Source of the DNA: Octopus sinensis
Taxonomy: Eukaryota
Reading direction: 5' to 3'
Length of the DNA stretch: 64,000 nt
NCBI RefSeq assembly: GCF_006345805.1
Contig: NC_043020.1
Location: forward strand, 15,190,001-15,254,000
In this document: in pieces, positions 24,590-37,205 of the stretch
How the letters are laid out: each line of letters opens with the position of its first letter
Position numbering within the stretch: position 1 is the first letter of the stretch
Notes under the pieces: generated by a model
Seen by the model: only the letters and a program-made list of their open reading frames with translations
Database searches by the model: none
Told to the model about the DNA's origin: nothing
Made by a program: the position numbers and the translations under genes

Positions 24590-26120
24590 CGTCCTACAGG
24601 TGTGCTTTGTCCAATTTCCCACAGGTGTGTTTTGCATAGTATCCTACACTGTGTTTTGTATAGTATCCTACAGGTGTGCCTTGTGTAGTGTCCTACAGGT
24701 GTGTCTTGTGCAGTGTTCTACAGGTGTGTCATGTGCAGTGTCCTACAGGTATGTCTTGTGCAGTGTCCTACAGGTGTGTCTTTTGCATTGTCCAGCAGGT
24801 GTGTCTTATGTAGTGTCCAGTAGGTGTGTTCTGTACAATGACCAGCAAGTATGTCTCGTGCAGTGTCCAGCAGAATTGCCTTGTGCAGTGCCTTACAGGC
24901 ATGTCTTGTGCAGTGTCCTACAGGTGGGTCTTGTATAGTGTCCCACATGCATGTCTTGTGCAGTGTCCCACAGGCTTGTCTTGTGCAGTGTCCCACAGGC
25001 TTGTCTTGTGCAGTGTCCCACAGGCATGTCTTGTGCAGTGTCCCACAGGTGTGTCTTGTGCAGTGTTCTGCATTTGCATCTTCTGCTGTGTCCAGCAGAT
25101 GTGTCTTATGCAGTGTTTTATAGATGTGACTTATGCATCACCCCACAGATTGTTTTGTATAGTGCCCCACAAAGTGTGGTTTTTTGCAGTGTCCCACAGG
25201 TGTGTTCTTTGCATTGTCCCACAGGCATGTTCCATGCAGTGTGGCACAGATGCGCTTTGTGCAGTGATTTATAGGTGTGTTTTGTGTAGTGTCCTACAGA
25301 TGGGTCTCATGAAGTGTCTTACAAGTGTGTTTGTGCAGTGTCCTACAGGTATGTCTTGTGCAGTGTGCTACATGTGTGTCTTGAGCAGTGTCCTACAGGT
25401 ATGTCTTGTGCAGTGTGCTACATGTGTGTCTTGTGCAGTGTGCTACATGTGTGTCTTGTGCAATGTTTTAGTGATGTATTTTGTGCAGTGTCCTATAGGT
25501 GTGTCTTGTATGTAGTGTCTTACAGGTGTGTCTTGTGCAGTGTCATACAACTGTGTTTTTAGGGAAGTGTCCTAGAGGTGTTTCTTCTGCAGTATCCTAC
25601 AAGTGTGTCTTGTGCAGTATCCTACAGGTGTGTCTTGTGCAGTGTCCTACAGGTGTGTTTAGTGCAGTACAGTGTCCTACAGACATGTCCAGTGGAGTAC
25701 AGTGTCCTACAGGTGTGTCTTGTGCTGTGTCCTACAAGTGTGTCATGTGCAGACTCCTACAGGTGTGTCTTGTGTAATGTCCTGCAGGTGGGTTTTGTGC
25801 AGTCTTCTACATGTGTGTCTTGTGTAGTGTCTTCCAGGTGTGTCTTGTGCAGTGTCCTACAGGTGTGTCTTGTGCAGTGTCCTACAGGTGTGTCTTGTGT
25901 AATGTCCTACAGGTGGGTTTTGTGCAGTCTTCTACATGTGTGTCTTGTGCAGTGTCTTACAGGTGTGTCTTATGCAGTGTCCTATAGGTGTGTTTTGTGC
26001 AGTGTCCTACAGGTGTGTCTTGCACAGTGTCCTGCAGGCATGTCTTGCACAGTGTTCTACAAGCATCTTGTGCAGTGTTCTACATGCATATCTTCTGCAG
26101 TGTGCTGCACGCATGTCTTA
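24590..26120. repeat. ~1.5-kb degenerate 25-bp minisatellite
   Basis: Consensus AGGTGTGTCTTGTGCAGTGTCCTAC; explains the Cys/Val-rich ORFs in all frames. Confidence 0.95.
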
Positions 26121-26341
26121 TGCAATATGCATGTATATCTCTTATTTGTTCTAAATATATAAATAGAAGAGAAATAGTATTGTATTACAATGTTTGGAGT
26201 TCAAATTAACACAGGATCTCTCACTACATCTGTAGCACGACACTAAATTTACCTCACACCCCAAATATGTGTATGTATGTATCATATTTATATAATTAGT
26301 CTTTCTTTTCTCTTATAATTTATTCAATCTTTTCATTCCAG

Positions 26342-26625
26342 AATTGTCCTCCCTCCTCTGAGCTACCTGTACTATTTTTCTGTACTCAACTGTACCGTTG
26401 ACTCGGTGGACACTGGAGGATGTCCTATCTATGTATCCATCGGCAACGGTAACATGCCACCTTTTGATGTCGATGAGTTTCTCATCAACTGTACAAATTC
26501 TACGGAGAACTGTCACCTTCGAGTTGTGTCACCCAATAGCTCAGGGTTAAACTTTGTTGCCTTCTACCTCCGTGATATCAACAGTACAGCACCTGTCACT
26601 GTCACATGGCAGGTAACCACTGAAG
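26342..26625 (+). CDS. PGAP6: PGAP6/TMEM8A-like protein, exon 5
   Basis: TTCCAG/GTAAGT boundaries. IVLPPLSYLYYFSVLNCTVDSVDTGGCPIYVS...INCTNSTENCHLRVVSP...WQVTTE; phase 2 to 1. Confidence 0.88.
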
Positions 26626-29154
26626 GTAAGTTACTGCTGGGGTGCTGTTAACGTAGGTATATGTTGTGTTGTGAGAGTGTCAGTATAATGGCATGAAGTG
26701 TTGCAGCAGTGTTAATGTAGTGTTATATGAATGATATAAGGTGGCGAGCTGGCAGAAACGTTAGCATGTCGGATGAAATGTGTAGCTGTATTTTTTCTGC
26801 TGTTACGTTCTGAGTTCAAATTCCGCCGAGGTCGACTTTGCCTTTCATCCTTTCAGGGTCGATAAATTAAGAACCAGTTACACACTGGGGTTGATATAAT
26901 CGACTTAATCCGTTTGTCTGTCCTTTTTTGTCCCCTCTGTGTTTAGCCCCTTGTGGGTAGTAAAGAAACAGATATATGAGTGTCTGTGTAGTGGTATGGT
27001 ATATTATGTTAGCCTAGTAGTACAGTGTTTTAGGAGTGGCAATGTAGCAGTCTGAAGTGGTACTGCAGTGTCAATGTAGTGGTACAAATTGTTATAGAAG
27101 ATCTCAGTAATGGAGGAGGTGATACTGTGAGTGTCTGTTTGGTGAAGGTGTGTACTTTTGTGTAACTAAATAAATAGTAAATAGGAAACCATCACTTGAT
27201 TTTTTTTTTTTATTGATGGTTCTCTTTCTTCCTCTGCTAAAAGTTTTAGTTTTCAGCTTTTGTTCTCCTCCACCTCATCTATATAGTATATAGGAGCACT
27301 CTGTCGGTTACGACGATGAGGGTCCCAGCTGATACGATCAACAGAACAGCTTGCTCGTGGAATTAACGTGCAAGTGGCTGAGCATTCCACAGACACGTGT
27401 ACCCTTAACGTAGTTCTCGAGGAGATTCAGCGTGACACAGAGTGTGACAAGGCTGGCCCTTTGAAATACAGGTACTACAGAAACAGGAAGTAAGAGTGAG
27501 AGAAAGTTGTGGTGAAAGAGTACAGCAGGGATCACCACCACCCCCTGCAGGAGCCTTGTGAAGCTTTAGGTGTTTTCGCTCAATAAACACTCACAATGCC
27601 CGGTCTGGGAATCGAAACCGCGATCCTACGACCGCGAGTCCGCTGCCCTAACCACTGGGCCATTGCGCCTCCACCCTCCACCTCATCACCAACATCATCA
27701 CTGCCATCAGTATCATCCATTAAGATGTTGCAGAAAGAGTTTTGTGGATGTAACTAATTACTAAATACAATATTTAGCTAGATTCCTGCTACATTCCCAA
27801 AATTCAAATTGAGTTGAGGTTGATTTTTATTTTCCCTCAGTCTTGGGAAAATGAGAAAGATACTCTCTCTTTTTCTCTCTTTACTCTTTTACTTGTTTCA
27901 GTCATTTGACTGTGGTCATGATGGAGCACTGCCTTTAGTCGAGCAAATCGACCCCAGGACTTGTTCTTTGTAAGCCTAGTACTTATTGTATCGGTCTCTT
28001 TTGCCGAACCGCTAAGTTACGGGAATGTAAACACACCAGCATCGGTTGTCAAGCGATGTTGGGGGGACAAACACAGACACACAAACATATACACACACAT
28101 ACATATATATATATACATATATATATCTACACATATATACGACGGGCTTCTTTCAGTTTCCATCTACCAAATCCACTCACAAGTCTTTTGTTGGCCCGAG
28201 GCTATAGTGGAAGACACTTGCCCACAGTGAGACTGAACCTGGAACCATGTGATTCGTTAGCAAGCTAGTTACCACACAGCCACTCCTACGCCTAATTTAT
28301 TCACGGATCAGGTGATTTATTCACGGATCAGGTCACTCTAACAGAGTTTCCCTATCTGCTCCTGTGCAATATTGTCAAACATCTATTTAGTAATTCTCTT
28401 GTCATTACTTAAGTAAGAACAGTGAAATCTGTTTTGTTGAGGAAGCTTAATAATACTGAAACATGCCTTGCATTGTTTCTCATCCATATTTCCTGAAATT
28501 AAAATATTAGTCATTCATTAATATTGCCTTTTCATAAGACAGCAAGCTGGCAGAAGCATTTGCGCACCAGGCAAAATGCTTAGTGACACTTTGTCTGTCT
28601 TTATGCTCTGAGTTCAAAATCCATCAAGGTTGACTTTGCCTTTCATCCTTTCAGGGTTGATAAAATAAGTACCAGTTGAACTCTGGGATTAATCTAATTG
28701 GCTTTCCTCTACCCCAAAATTGCTGGCCTTGTGCCAAAATTTGAAACCATTATAATTACTATTACTACTACTACTACTACTACTACTATCGTTATTATTA
28801 AGGCAGCAAGCTGGCAGAATTGCTAGCACACTGGACAATGCTTAGCGGTATTTCACCCATCTCTACATTCTGAGTTCAAATTCTGCCGAGGTCGACTTTG
28901 CCTTTCAGGGTTGATAAATTAAGTACCAGTCACATACTGGTGTTGATATTATCATCCAACCTCTCCCTCAAATTGCTGGCCTTGTGCCAAAATTTGAAAC
29001 CAGTATTGCCTTTTCCTCACCACATAAGTATTTCTAATTGTATTGTTTGATATTCTGCCATAACCTTCTCTTTATTCAAGTGCAACCTTGTGACAAATGT
29101 GCAAAATTCCTTATTTCTGCTGCTACTGCTAACCCTGTTGTCTTACTGTTTCAG

Positions 29155-29465
29155 AATGTGAAGCGAAGTCATCACACATTTTCATGGAGAATTCCACAGA
29201 TGAATCAATGGCAGCTAACAAAAGCCAGGTGGCCCCGGAATTTCAGTCCAAATGTATTATACTTCCTATGTTGGGACAGTTCAGTAGTGCCAGTGAGAAT
29301 TTCAACAGTATTTATGTCTTTCCCAATGAATTTCTCATGCCAAAGAGGAACAACACTTTAGTTGTTCCTGACACTCACAGTCTGATAACTGGTTTCAATG
29401 TCCGTTTTCTATCCAATTCCGGAGGTACCATTGGTATAACATTGCATTTCGATAAACAAAAACTT
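29155..29465 (+). CDS. PGAP6: PGAP6/TMEM8A-like protein, exon 6
   Basis: TTTCAG/GTGAGT boundaries. Contains FNVRFLSNSGGTIGITL (TMEM8 D/SGGTL motif); phase 1 to 0. Confidence 0.9.
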
Positions 29466-32442
29466 GTGAGTTTTAAAAAATTTTTATTTTCTTTTTTCCC
29501 TCCTCTGTGCTGTAATTTAGTATGCTTTTTTAATATTATTCCACCAAGGTCGACTTTGCCTTTCATCCTTTTGAGGTTGATAAAATAAGTACCAGTTAAG
29601 TACTGGGGTCGTTGTAATCGACTTAACTTCTCCCCTGAAATTACTGGCCTTGTAGTGTTCTTGTGTGTCATATGAGGCAGGTAAAAGGGTTGTTGCCTGG
29701 TTGTAAAACACTGCCCCAGAAAGGGAGCCATGATAAATATGATTCAAAGTGGAGAAGACTGTTATGGAGTTTGCAACGGTTAAAGGCTACTTTAGGGAAA
29801 ATGGCCTTAAAATGTATTTTGCTCAGGATTTTGAATGTTTATTTTTGGTTCAAAATAAAGTATTGTGAAGTAAAGAGTTAGAGTTACTATGATGCATTAA
29901 CTCTGGATATAAAATGTTAGAACTAATGCTAATCCAACAATTCTACCAGTTCACTGCCTCCTGTGGAGGATAAAAATCTATGAAAAATTTACAATTTAAC
30001 TGGATGAAGTGAAACAATTACTTAAATGTCGTTAGCATCTTTATTTTCTTCAATGACATGAACCCGAAAATATCAGAAATGTCAAGTTCTGGTGGACAAT
30101 AATAATATAGAAATACCTTATTTTAAATTACTAAGTGAAGGCATGTGGGTTAGGGTGTTCGACACGTGATCAATTCCTGACCATGTGTTGTGTTCTTGAG
30201 CAAGACACTTTATTTTGCGTTCCTCTAGTCCCTCAGCTGGCAAAAATGAGCTGTACATGTAATTCAAAGGGCCAGCCTTGTCACTTTCTGTGTTATGCTG
30301 AATTTTCCTGAGAACTATGTTAAGGGTACGTGTGTCTATGGAGTGCTCAGCCATTTGCACATTAATTTCGGGAGCAGGCTGTTCTGCTGATTGGATCAAC
30401 TGGAACCCTCATCATTGTAACCAATGGAGACCCAGTATTATTTTGAACTACTGAGCTGAGTATTTTCACAGAAATGTCAAGAGTACTTTGAACTCAGTCT
30501 TGTGACACAAAATAAACCTGTTGAATATCTCTGACTAAATTGACTGTATACAAGAAAGTCACTGAAGATATTTCCCCACCTCTATTCTTATTTATGTTAT
30601 ATTCCTGGTACTTGGTTATTTTACTCTGAAGGATTAATATCTAAGTGAAAAGTAGAAAGTCTCAGAGAATATGGTATTGCACCAGCAGCTAATTCTTAGG
30701 TTTTGAGTTCATGTTCACTGTAGCTGTTTCACGATGAATTTAAGTAAACTTAATCCTTTCTGACTTAGTCCATGTAGCTATTAAAAATACAAGCCTATTA
30801 GCTGTCTTAGGGTTACACAACCACAGCAACAAATAAATAACAATCATCATTGTCGTTTTTACCTCACATTTCCCATATTGGCATGGATTTGATGAGACCC
30901 CTTGAGGCTGTATTCTTCAACTGGATACCCTTCTTGACACCTTTGTTGTCACATAAATTATTCTGCACCTTATGTCAGTTGCTGAGCTACAGGGTTTTTT
31001 GTTCATGTGGGACATAATATTGCTGTCCCCATGGTGTTAATTATCATATCATCGTCATCATCATTGTCATTTAACGTTCACTTTCCATGCTGGCATGGAT
31101 TGGACAGTTTGACATGGAGCTGTCCAGAATATAATTGTCTGTTGTGGCACCTCAAGAGATAAAGTTCACGATAGCGAACGTAAACGTACGTCAGCCGCTA
31201 AAAAGTCCGTGATAGATGTAGGGCAGCTCTACATCATATATTTACATTAACCGCAGGTAGGCAAGCAAAAGTGTGATCGCATATTTGCGTCAACCATTGT
31301 CAAGGGGTTAATTACACAATCATGCCTGCACTATAGTCATTTGGAAATATGCAGGGTGAGATATATCTACTTCACTAAATACCATAAACTGTATCTGAAT
31401 ATTGGTTTTTAACCCTTTAGCATTCAAACTGGCCATAACAGACCAAAATGTTGTATCCATTTTATGCTGAAACTGGCCAGATCCAGCCTCTAACCACAAC
31501 TCCACAGCGTCATTCTAAGTCTAAGCAACCACATCATCAAAAACTTTAAACTATAAGATGATACACGATTAATTCCAAATAATATAAATGAAATGAAATC
31601 AAATCAAATCAGATATCAGAAATCAGAACCAAAATCAAAGTCGATCAACATCAATGGAAATTGCAGCTGTGATACCAGTGCCGGTGACAAGTAAGCGAAC
31701 TATCCGATCGTGGCCGTTGCCAGCGCCGCCCCGACTGGCCTCCGTGCCGGTGGCACGTAAAAAGCACCATCCGATTGTGGCCGTTGCCAGCGCCGCCCCG
31801 ACTGGCCCCCGTACCGGTGGCATGTAAAAAGCACCATCTGTCCGTGGCCGTTTGCCAGCCCCGTCTGGCACCTGTGCGGGTGGCATGTAAAAAGCACCCA
31901 CTACACTCACGGAGTGGTTGGCTTTAGGAAGGGCACCCAGCTGTAGAAACACTGCCAGATCAGACTGGGCCTGGTGCAGCCTTCTGGCTTCTCAGACCCC
32001 AGTTGAACCGTCAAACCCATGCTAGCATGGAAAGCGGACGCTAAATGATGATGATGATGATGATGAACAACCCTTACATTTGACAGAATAATCTTTACGT
32101 CCTGAGTTCAAATCCTGTTGAGGTCAACTTTATTTTGCATCCTTCTGGGGTCAGTCAAATAAATCACTGAGTAAGTTATGGGGTTGATGTAATTGACCGT
32201 TCTCTCCCCATACAATATTTGTCCTTGTGTCTGTGAAAGAAATCCTTATTCTCATGTTATCAAAGAATTTCGAGTCTTTTCAGACATTTTATGTGATAGA
32301 GCATTGTCACTTTGCCTAACATTGCACGTTGATATTGAAGTCAGATTTTGTTGTTATTCTCAGACCCCAAACATTTGTTAGTTCTCTTAAATGGAATACA
32401 TCCCAGAAATTTCTTAATGTAAACTTATGTTTCTTTTTACAG

Positions 32443-32654
32443 TCAGAGAACCAAACTGCTACCATCTATATGTGCATTGTCAAAGATGGTTTCCCTGATG
32501 TTCACAATTTAGAGAATTGTTCCAATGGTGCGCTGCTTTCTATTGAGTCTGCAGACGATCAACAACATCATCAAAGAATTCATATACCATATCCAGAGTT
32601 TGGGGACTATTATGTAGCTTTAATAAGTCGGTGCTACTCCATAGAGAGAAATCA
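32443..32654 (+). CDS. PGAP6: PGAP6/TMEM8A-like protein, exon 7
   Basis: TTTTACAG/GTAAGT boundaries. Contains IHIPYPEFGDYYVALISRC (TMEM8 IPYPE..WY motif); phase 0 to 2. Confidence 0.92.
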
Positions 32655-33891
32655 GTAAGTACTTAATCAATTAGTGCTGAAAATGAGGAGGAGTCATGGA
32701 ATTCATTTGTAAATTGCTCTGTACCTTTATGTTCTTTAATTTCTTTTAGCCATCATGGTCAAAACCATTCTGGAGCACTTATATATCTTTTTATTTGTAA
32801 ATGATTTGTTTCATTTGTTAACCTGATTAAGTAAACTTATGATCAAAGGTCAGGAGTGGCTGTGTGGTAAGTAGCTTGTTTACCAACCACATGGTTCCGG
32901 GTTCAGTCCCACTGCGTGGCACCTTGGGCAAGTGTCTTCTACTATAGCCTTGGGCCGACCAAAGCCTTGTGAGTGGATTTGGTTGACGGAAACTGAAAGA
33001 AGCCCGTCGTATATATGTATATATATGTATGCGCGTGTATGTTTGTGTGTCTGTATTTGTCTCCCCCACATCGCTTGACAACCGATGCTGGTGTGTTTAT
33101 GTTCCCGTCAATTAGCGGTTCGGCAAAAGAGACCGATAGAATAAGTACTGGGCTTACAAAGAATAAGTCCCAGGGTCGAGTTGCTCGATTAAAGGCGGTG
33201 TACCAGCATGACTGCAGTCAAAATGACTGAAACAAGTAAAAGAGAGAAAAAGAGAAAAGTGTTTTTTCTAGCTGTGATTATTTGTTGTTTATTCAGGCAG
33301 GGGACTGTTTAGTCCTTGCATATAACCTCTTTGGTGCTGGTGGCTCTGTCAAATTCCCATAGCCCATTCTGTTGTTGTTGGGGTTTTTTTGGGATTAATT
33401 TCCATGGTTGGATGCCTTTCCTGTTACCAACCATTTTACATGCACAAGAACATGGATTGTCAGTGTTCTCTTTTGTTGTGCATGTCATACGATAAAAGGC
33501 CATGCCATGTGGTGAGATGCTATCAGTCAACCTATGCCATAGTAAAATTATGATGATGATAATAGTCTGTATCACATTGTCAAGTACATCCTTTCTTTTT
33601 CCCCAAAGAAGGGAATTGTTTAACCCCAATGATCAAAGGGCATTTTAATCTCAGTTGAGCATCCAAGGAAGGTCGAATCACGTGATCTGGTGGTCTCCAC
33701 AATGGAGATGGGGAGGATTCACCTTCCTGCTAGTGACATACACTAGAGTACATTTTGCGCCAAAAGCCAATATGAGGGTTTTTCTCATGGTAACTACCAC
33801 AGTATAGTTTGTCCTAATAGAACATCCATGTTTAACCTTTTCATTACTGTATTTATTTTGAGATGCTCTGTGTTTCTTTCAATTACTTTAA

Positions 33892-34142
33892 CCCTTTAGT
33901 GTTTACACTGGCCATATCTGGCCCTGATATTCTACATGTTTTATATTCAAACTGGCAATATCTAGCCTTTCACACCTACCCTACATTGACATTCTAAAAA
34001 TAAACAATCACATCATCACGTTAAACGATGATGATGATGATCATCATTGAAACCTCAAAGCTATAATATAATAAATGATTAATTCAAAACAATTTGAGTG
34101 AAAAAGTATTACATTTAACAGAGTAATCTGAACACCAAAGGG
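33892..34142. mobile_element. piggyBac-type MITE family A nested in a family B copy
   Basis: TTAA-CCCTTTAG...CCAAAGGG-TTAA with duplicated TTAA. Other family A copies or parts near 14190-14810, 24125-24352, 31410-31570, 36058-36634. Confidence 0.85.
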
Positions 34143-35155
34143 TTAAACATAACAAAGAATTTAGTAAAATGACTTAGTTGTCATTCAGCTGGTGTCAGGA
34201 ACATAACTTGTGACTAAGGTTTAGTGGAAGATTTTAATTCCAAACTTATGAAAACATGACATTTGTACTACAGAGCCAGAGCCGGTTGGTAACGAAAAGG
34301 TTAAGTGAGGAGAAATATTACCTGTAAGCTTGATTATTCCAGCTTTTTATTATTTTTCTTTGTAACAATATGGTGTGATTTGAGAGTGGTTTGGTTGTTG
34401 TTTCTAATAGGTAGAGCAACCACATAGTGGCTCCTTCATTGGCTTAGGTTGTTGCTATTTATCAGTTCGGATCACTGGTTCTCAATCTTTTTGATTTCAT
34501 GGAATACTGGAGATCAAATTAAAAAGATTTCTGGTGAACTTCTCATGGTAAGATATAAAAAAAGCTTTTAAAGTCAAAATATATTTTAACTTTAATATAT
34601 ATTAGAAAATATACATAAAAAACTATTGCTTAACCTTGGTTTATATTCTATGTACTGTTCATGTAGTTTTGGTTATTTTTTCTGATGAGTTGTTGTGCAG
34701 CTGAGCACTGTGTACAAGAAAGTTATTATTATTATTCTTTTCTTTTCTAGGCACAAGACCTGAAATTTTTGGGGAGGGATCCAGTCGATTAGATCGACCC
34801 CAGTATACAACTGGTACTTAATTTATCAACCCCAGAATGTAAAGACAGATGAAATACTGCTAAGCATTTCACCCAACATGCTAACGTTTCTGCCAGCTCA
34901 CCTTATTATTATTTATTAATCATAATTGTATTTAATTAAATTATGTATAACATGTTCTCAAGACATTTGAATTTTCTAAAGCTGCAAATTATGAGTGTCA
35001 TAGTTCACTTGAAGCATTGTAGTATAGTAGAAAATGAAGGAAAAGAAAAATAAAGAAAGCTTCTAACAATGCAGAAAGTTTTACAGTAAAAAAAAAAATC
35101 ATATTTCGGGTGCAAAGGCCCATCTTCAGAAGAAGGCAGTCAAAGCTATTTACAT

Positions 35156-35611
35156 AGAAAAGTTGAGAGACAAGTTGGACCTCAGAAGCATCAGTTGTGG
35201 TGTGCAAGAGAGGCGTTTGCGCTGGTATGGTCATGTGGCGAGAATGGGTGAAGATAGTTGTGTGAAAAAGTGCCACACCCTAGCAGTTGAGGGAACCTGT
35301 GGAAGAGGTAGACCCAGGAAAACCTGGGACGAGGTGGTGAAGCACGACCTTCGAACTTTAGGTCTTGCCGAGGAAATGACTAGAGACCGAGACCTTTGGA
35401 AGTATGCTGTGCGTGAGAAGACCCGGCAGGACAAGTGAGGCCATAATCCCATAGCCCATACCTGGGATGTAGCCAGCCCACTTATGCATTCCTTTCCTTC
35501 TTGGAACACAAAATTCCACTTGTGAAGACCTGTTGAGGCAAGTGAAAATCAAAATCGTAATCTGTCAACATTAATGGAAAGCATGGAAAGCGGACGTTAA
35601 ACGATGATGAT
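35156..35611 (+). mobile_element. RTE LINE 3' end (ORF C-terminus and internally deleted 3' UTR)
   Basis: VQERRLRWYGHVARM..GTCGRGRPRKTWDEVV..DRDLWKYAV*, then UTR and CATGGAAAGCGGACGTTAAACGATGATGATG tail. Confidence 0.9.
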
Positions 35612-35883
35612 GTTAAGGCAACGAGCTGGCAAAATCGTTTGTATGCCAGGCAAAATGTTTAGCAGCATTTCATCTATCCTTCTGTTCTGAGTTCAAATTC
35701 CGATGAAGTCGACTTTACCTTTCATCCTTTTGGAGTCGATGAAATAAGTACCAGTTAAACACTATGGTTTGATGTGATCAACTTGCTCCCTTCCCGCAAA
35801 ATGCTGACCTTGTGCCAAAATTTGAAACCAATATGTTTTGACTCACCATTACTGAATCATCTCTTGTATTCTTCCACTTTCAG

Positions 35884-36029
35884 GACTGTGGAGCCATGTC
35901 ATACATTTCCATCTGCACGTTTCACTATTATTCAATCTCGATGTTTAAATGAAAAATGTGGCCATTACGGTCACTGTGCTGAATACATTAGTGGATTATT
36001 TGTATTTAGTGCATGTCGGTGTTTTGCTG
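35884..36029 (+). CDS. PGAP6: PGAP6/TMEM8A-like protein, exon 8 (EGF-like domain)
   Basis: CTTTCAG/GTAAGT boundaries. SRCLNEKCGHYGHCAEYISGLFVFSACRCFAG is the juxtamembrane EGF-like module; phase 2 to 1. Confidence 0.93.
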
Positions 36030-36760
36030 GTAAGTTCTGTCTGTTTTCCTTTATTGCTTAACCCTTTAGTATTTAAACTGGCCATATCTGACCAAAATAT
36101 TTTCAAAAATATGTTCAAACTAGCCATGTCCTGCCTTTCACACATACCCTACACTGTCATTGTAAAATAAACAATCATATCATTGAAATCTGAAGCCTAT
36201 GAGAAAATGCATGTTTAATTCAAAACAAAATTACCAAGAACACTCAGAGAGCACAAACCTCCGCCAAGGCAATACCATTGTCCTCTCAATGGTTAGCCAG
36301 AGATGATTTTTCGAATGAGAATATCTGAAATAAACTCGACTGCTCTCACAAACGAGAATACTAAAAATGAACCTGACTGCTCTTAAAGATTAAGTAAAAA
36401 ATACAGGAAAAATAATCCAGAATCCTTGGTACTGGATTGATCCCAAAATCTAATCAGTTCATGCCAGTCATAAGGCCATACATTCCTGAAAGTTTCGTCG
36501 GAATCCATGCAGTGGTTCTTGATATATCTTGTCCACGGAAAAACAAACAAACACAACTGAAAACGATGCCTTCACTGAGATGGAGGTGATAAATTAATAT
36601 TACATTTGACAATAATTTGAATGCTAAAGGGTTAACACACAGAGCAATCCTGATCAAGCAGTTCTGTGACCAGAAGTGTTCCAGCTTTAACCAAACTTTC
36701 GGAATTACGGAGATGTACTTGCATAGCAAGTGATTTGATCTGAGATCGTGTGCGAAACGA

Positions 36761-36993
36761 AAACAATTGCAGCATGGAAAGTGTTTGTAAGCCATTTAAG
36801 AAACACACAAAAGCCGTTCGATTCACTTCAACATTTAAGTTTAATTTGTCAAAATATTTTCGTCGCTTTAAGACCGTGACCTGTTCACTGACAAAAATAT
36901 TTTGGCAAATTAAATTTAAATGTTGAAGTGAATTGAACGGCTTTTGTGTGTTTCTTAAATGGCTTACAAACACCTTCCAGGCTGCAATTGTTT
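36761..36993. repeat. Foldback: ~105-bp inverted arms (36761-36865 / 36889-36993)
   Basis: Arms are reverse complements with a few mostly transition mismatches; 23-nt spacer. Confidence 0.9.
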
Positions 36994-36995
36994 AA

Positions 36996-37205
36996 CCCTT
37001 TCGTTACTGTATTTATTTTGAGATGCTCTGTGTTTCTTTCAATAACTTTAAATATAACAAATAATTTAGTAAAATAACTTAGTTACCATTCAGCTAGTGT
37101 GGGGAACATAAATTGTGACTAAGGTTTGGTGGAAGATTTTAATTCAGACCTTATGAAAACAAGGCATTTGTACTCAGAGCCAGAGCCGGGTTGGTAACAA
37201 AAGGG
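36996..37205. mobile_element. piggyBac-type MITE family B
   Basis: TTAA-CCCTTTCGTTAC...GTAACAAAAGGG-TTAA; other copies at 52403-52623 and 33836-34300. Confidence 0.85.

Noticed and set aside
24600-26209. Many overlapping Cys/Val-rich ORFs (keratin-associated or metallothionein-like appearance)
   Set aside because: They are translations of a stop-poor 25-bp minisatellite in all frames, inside an intron with clean flanking splice sites.
26613-26618. Alternative donor CAG/GTAACC in exon 5
   Set aside because: Gives phase 0, incompatible with the phase-1 start of exon 6; GAAG/GTAAGT at 26626 fits.
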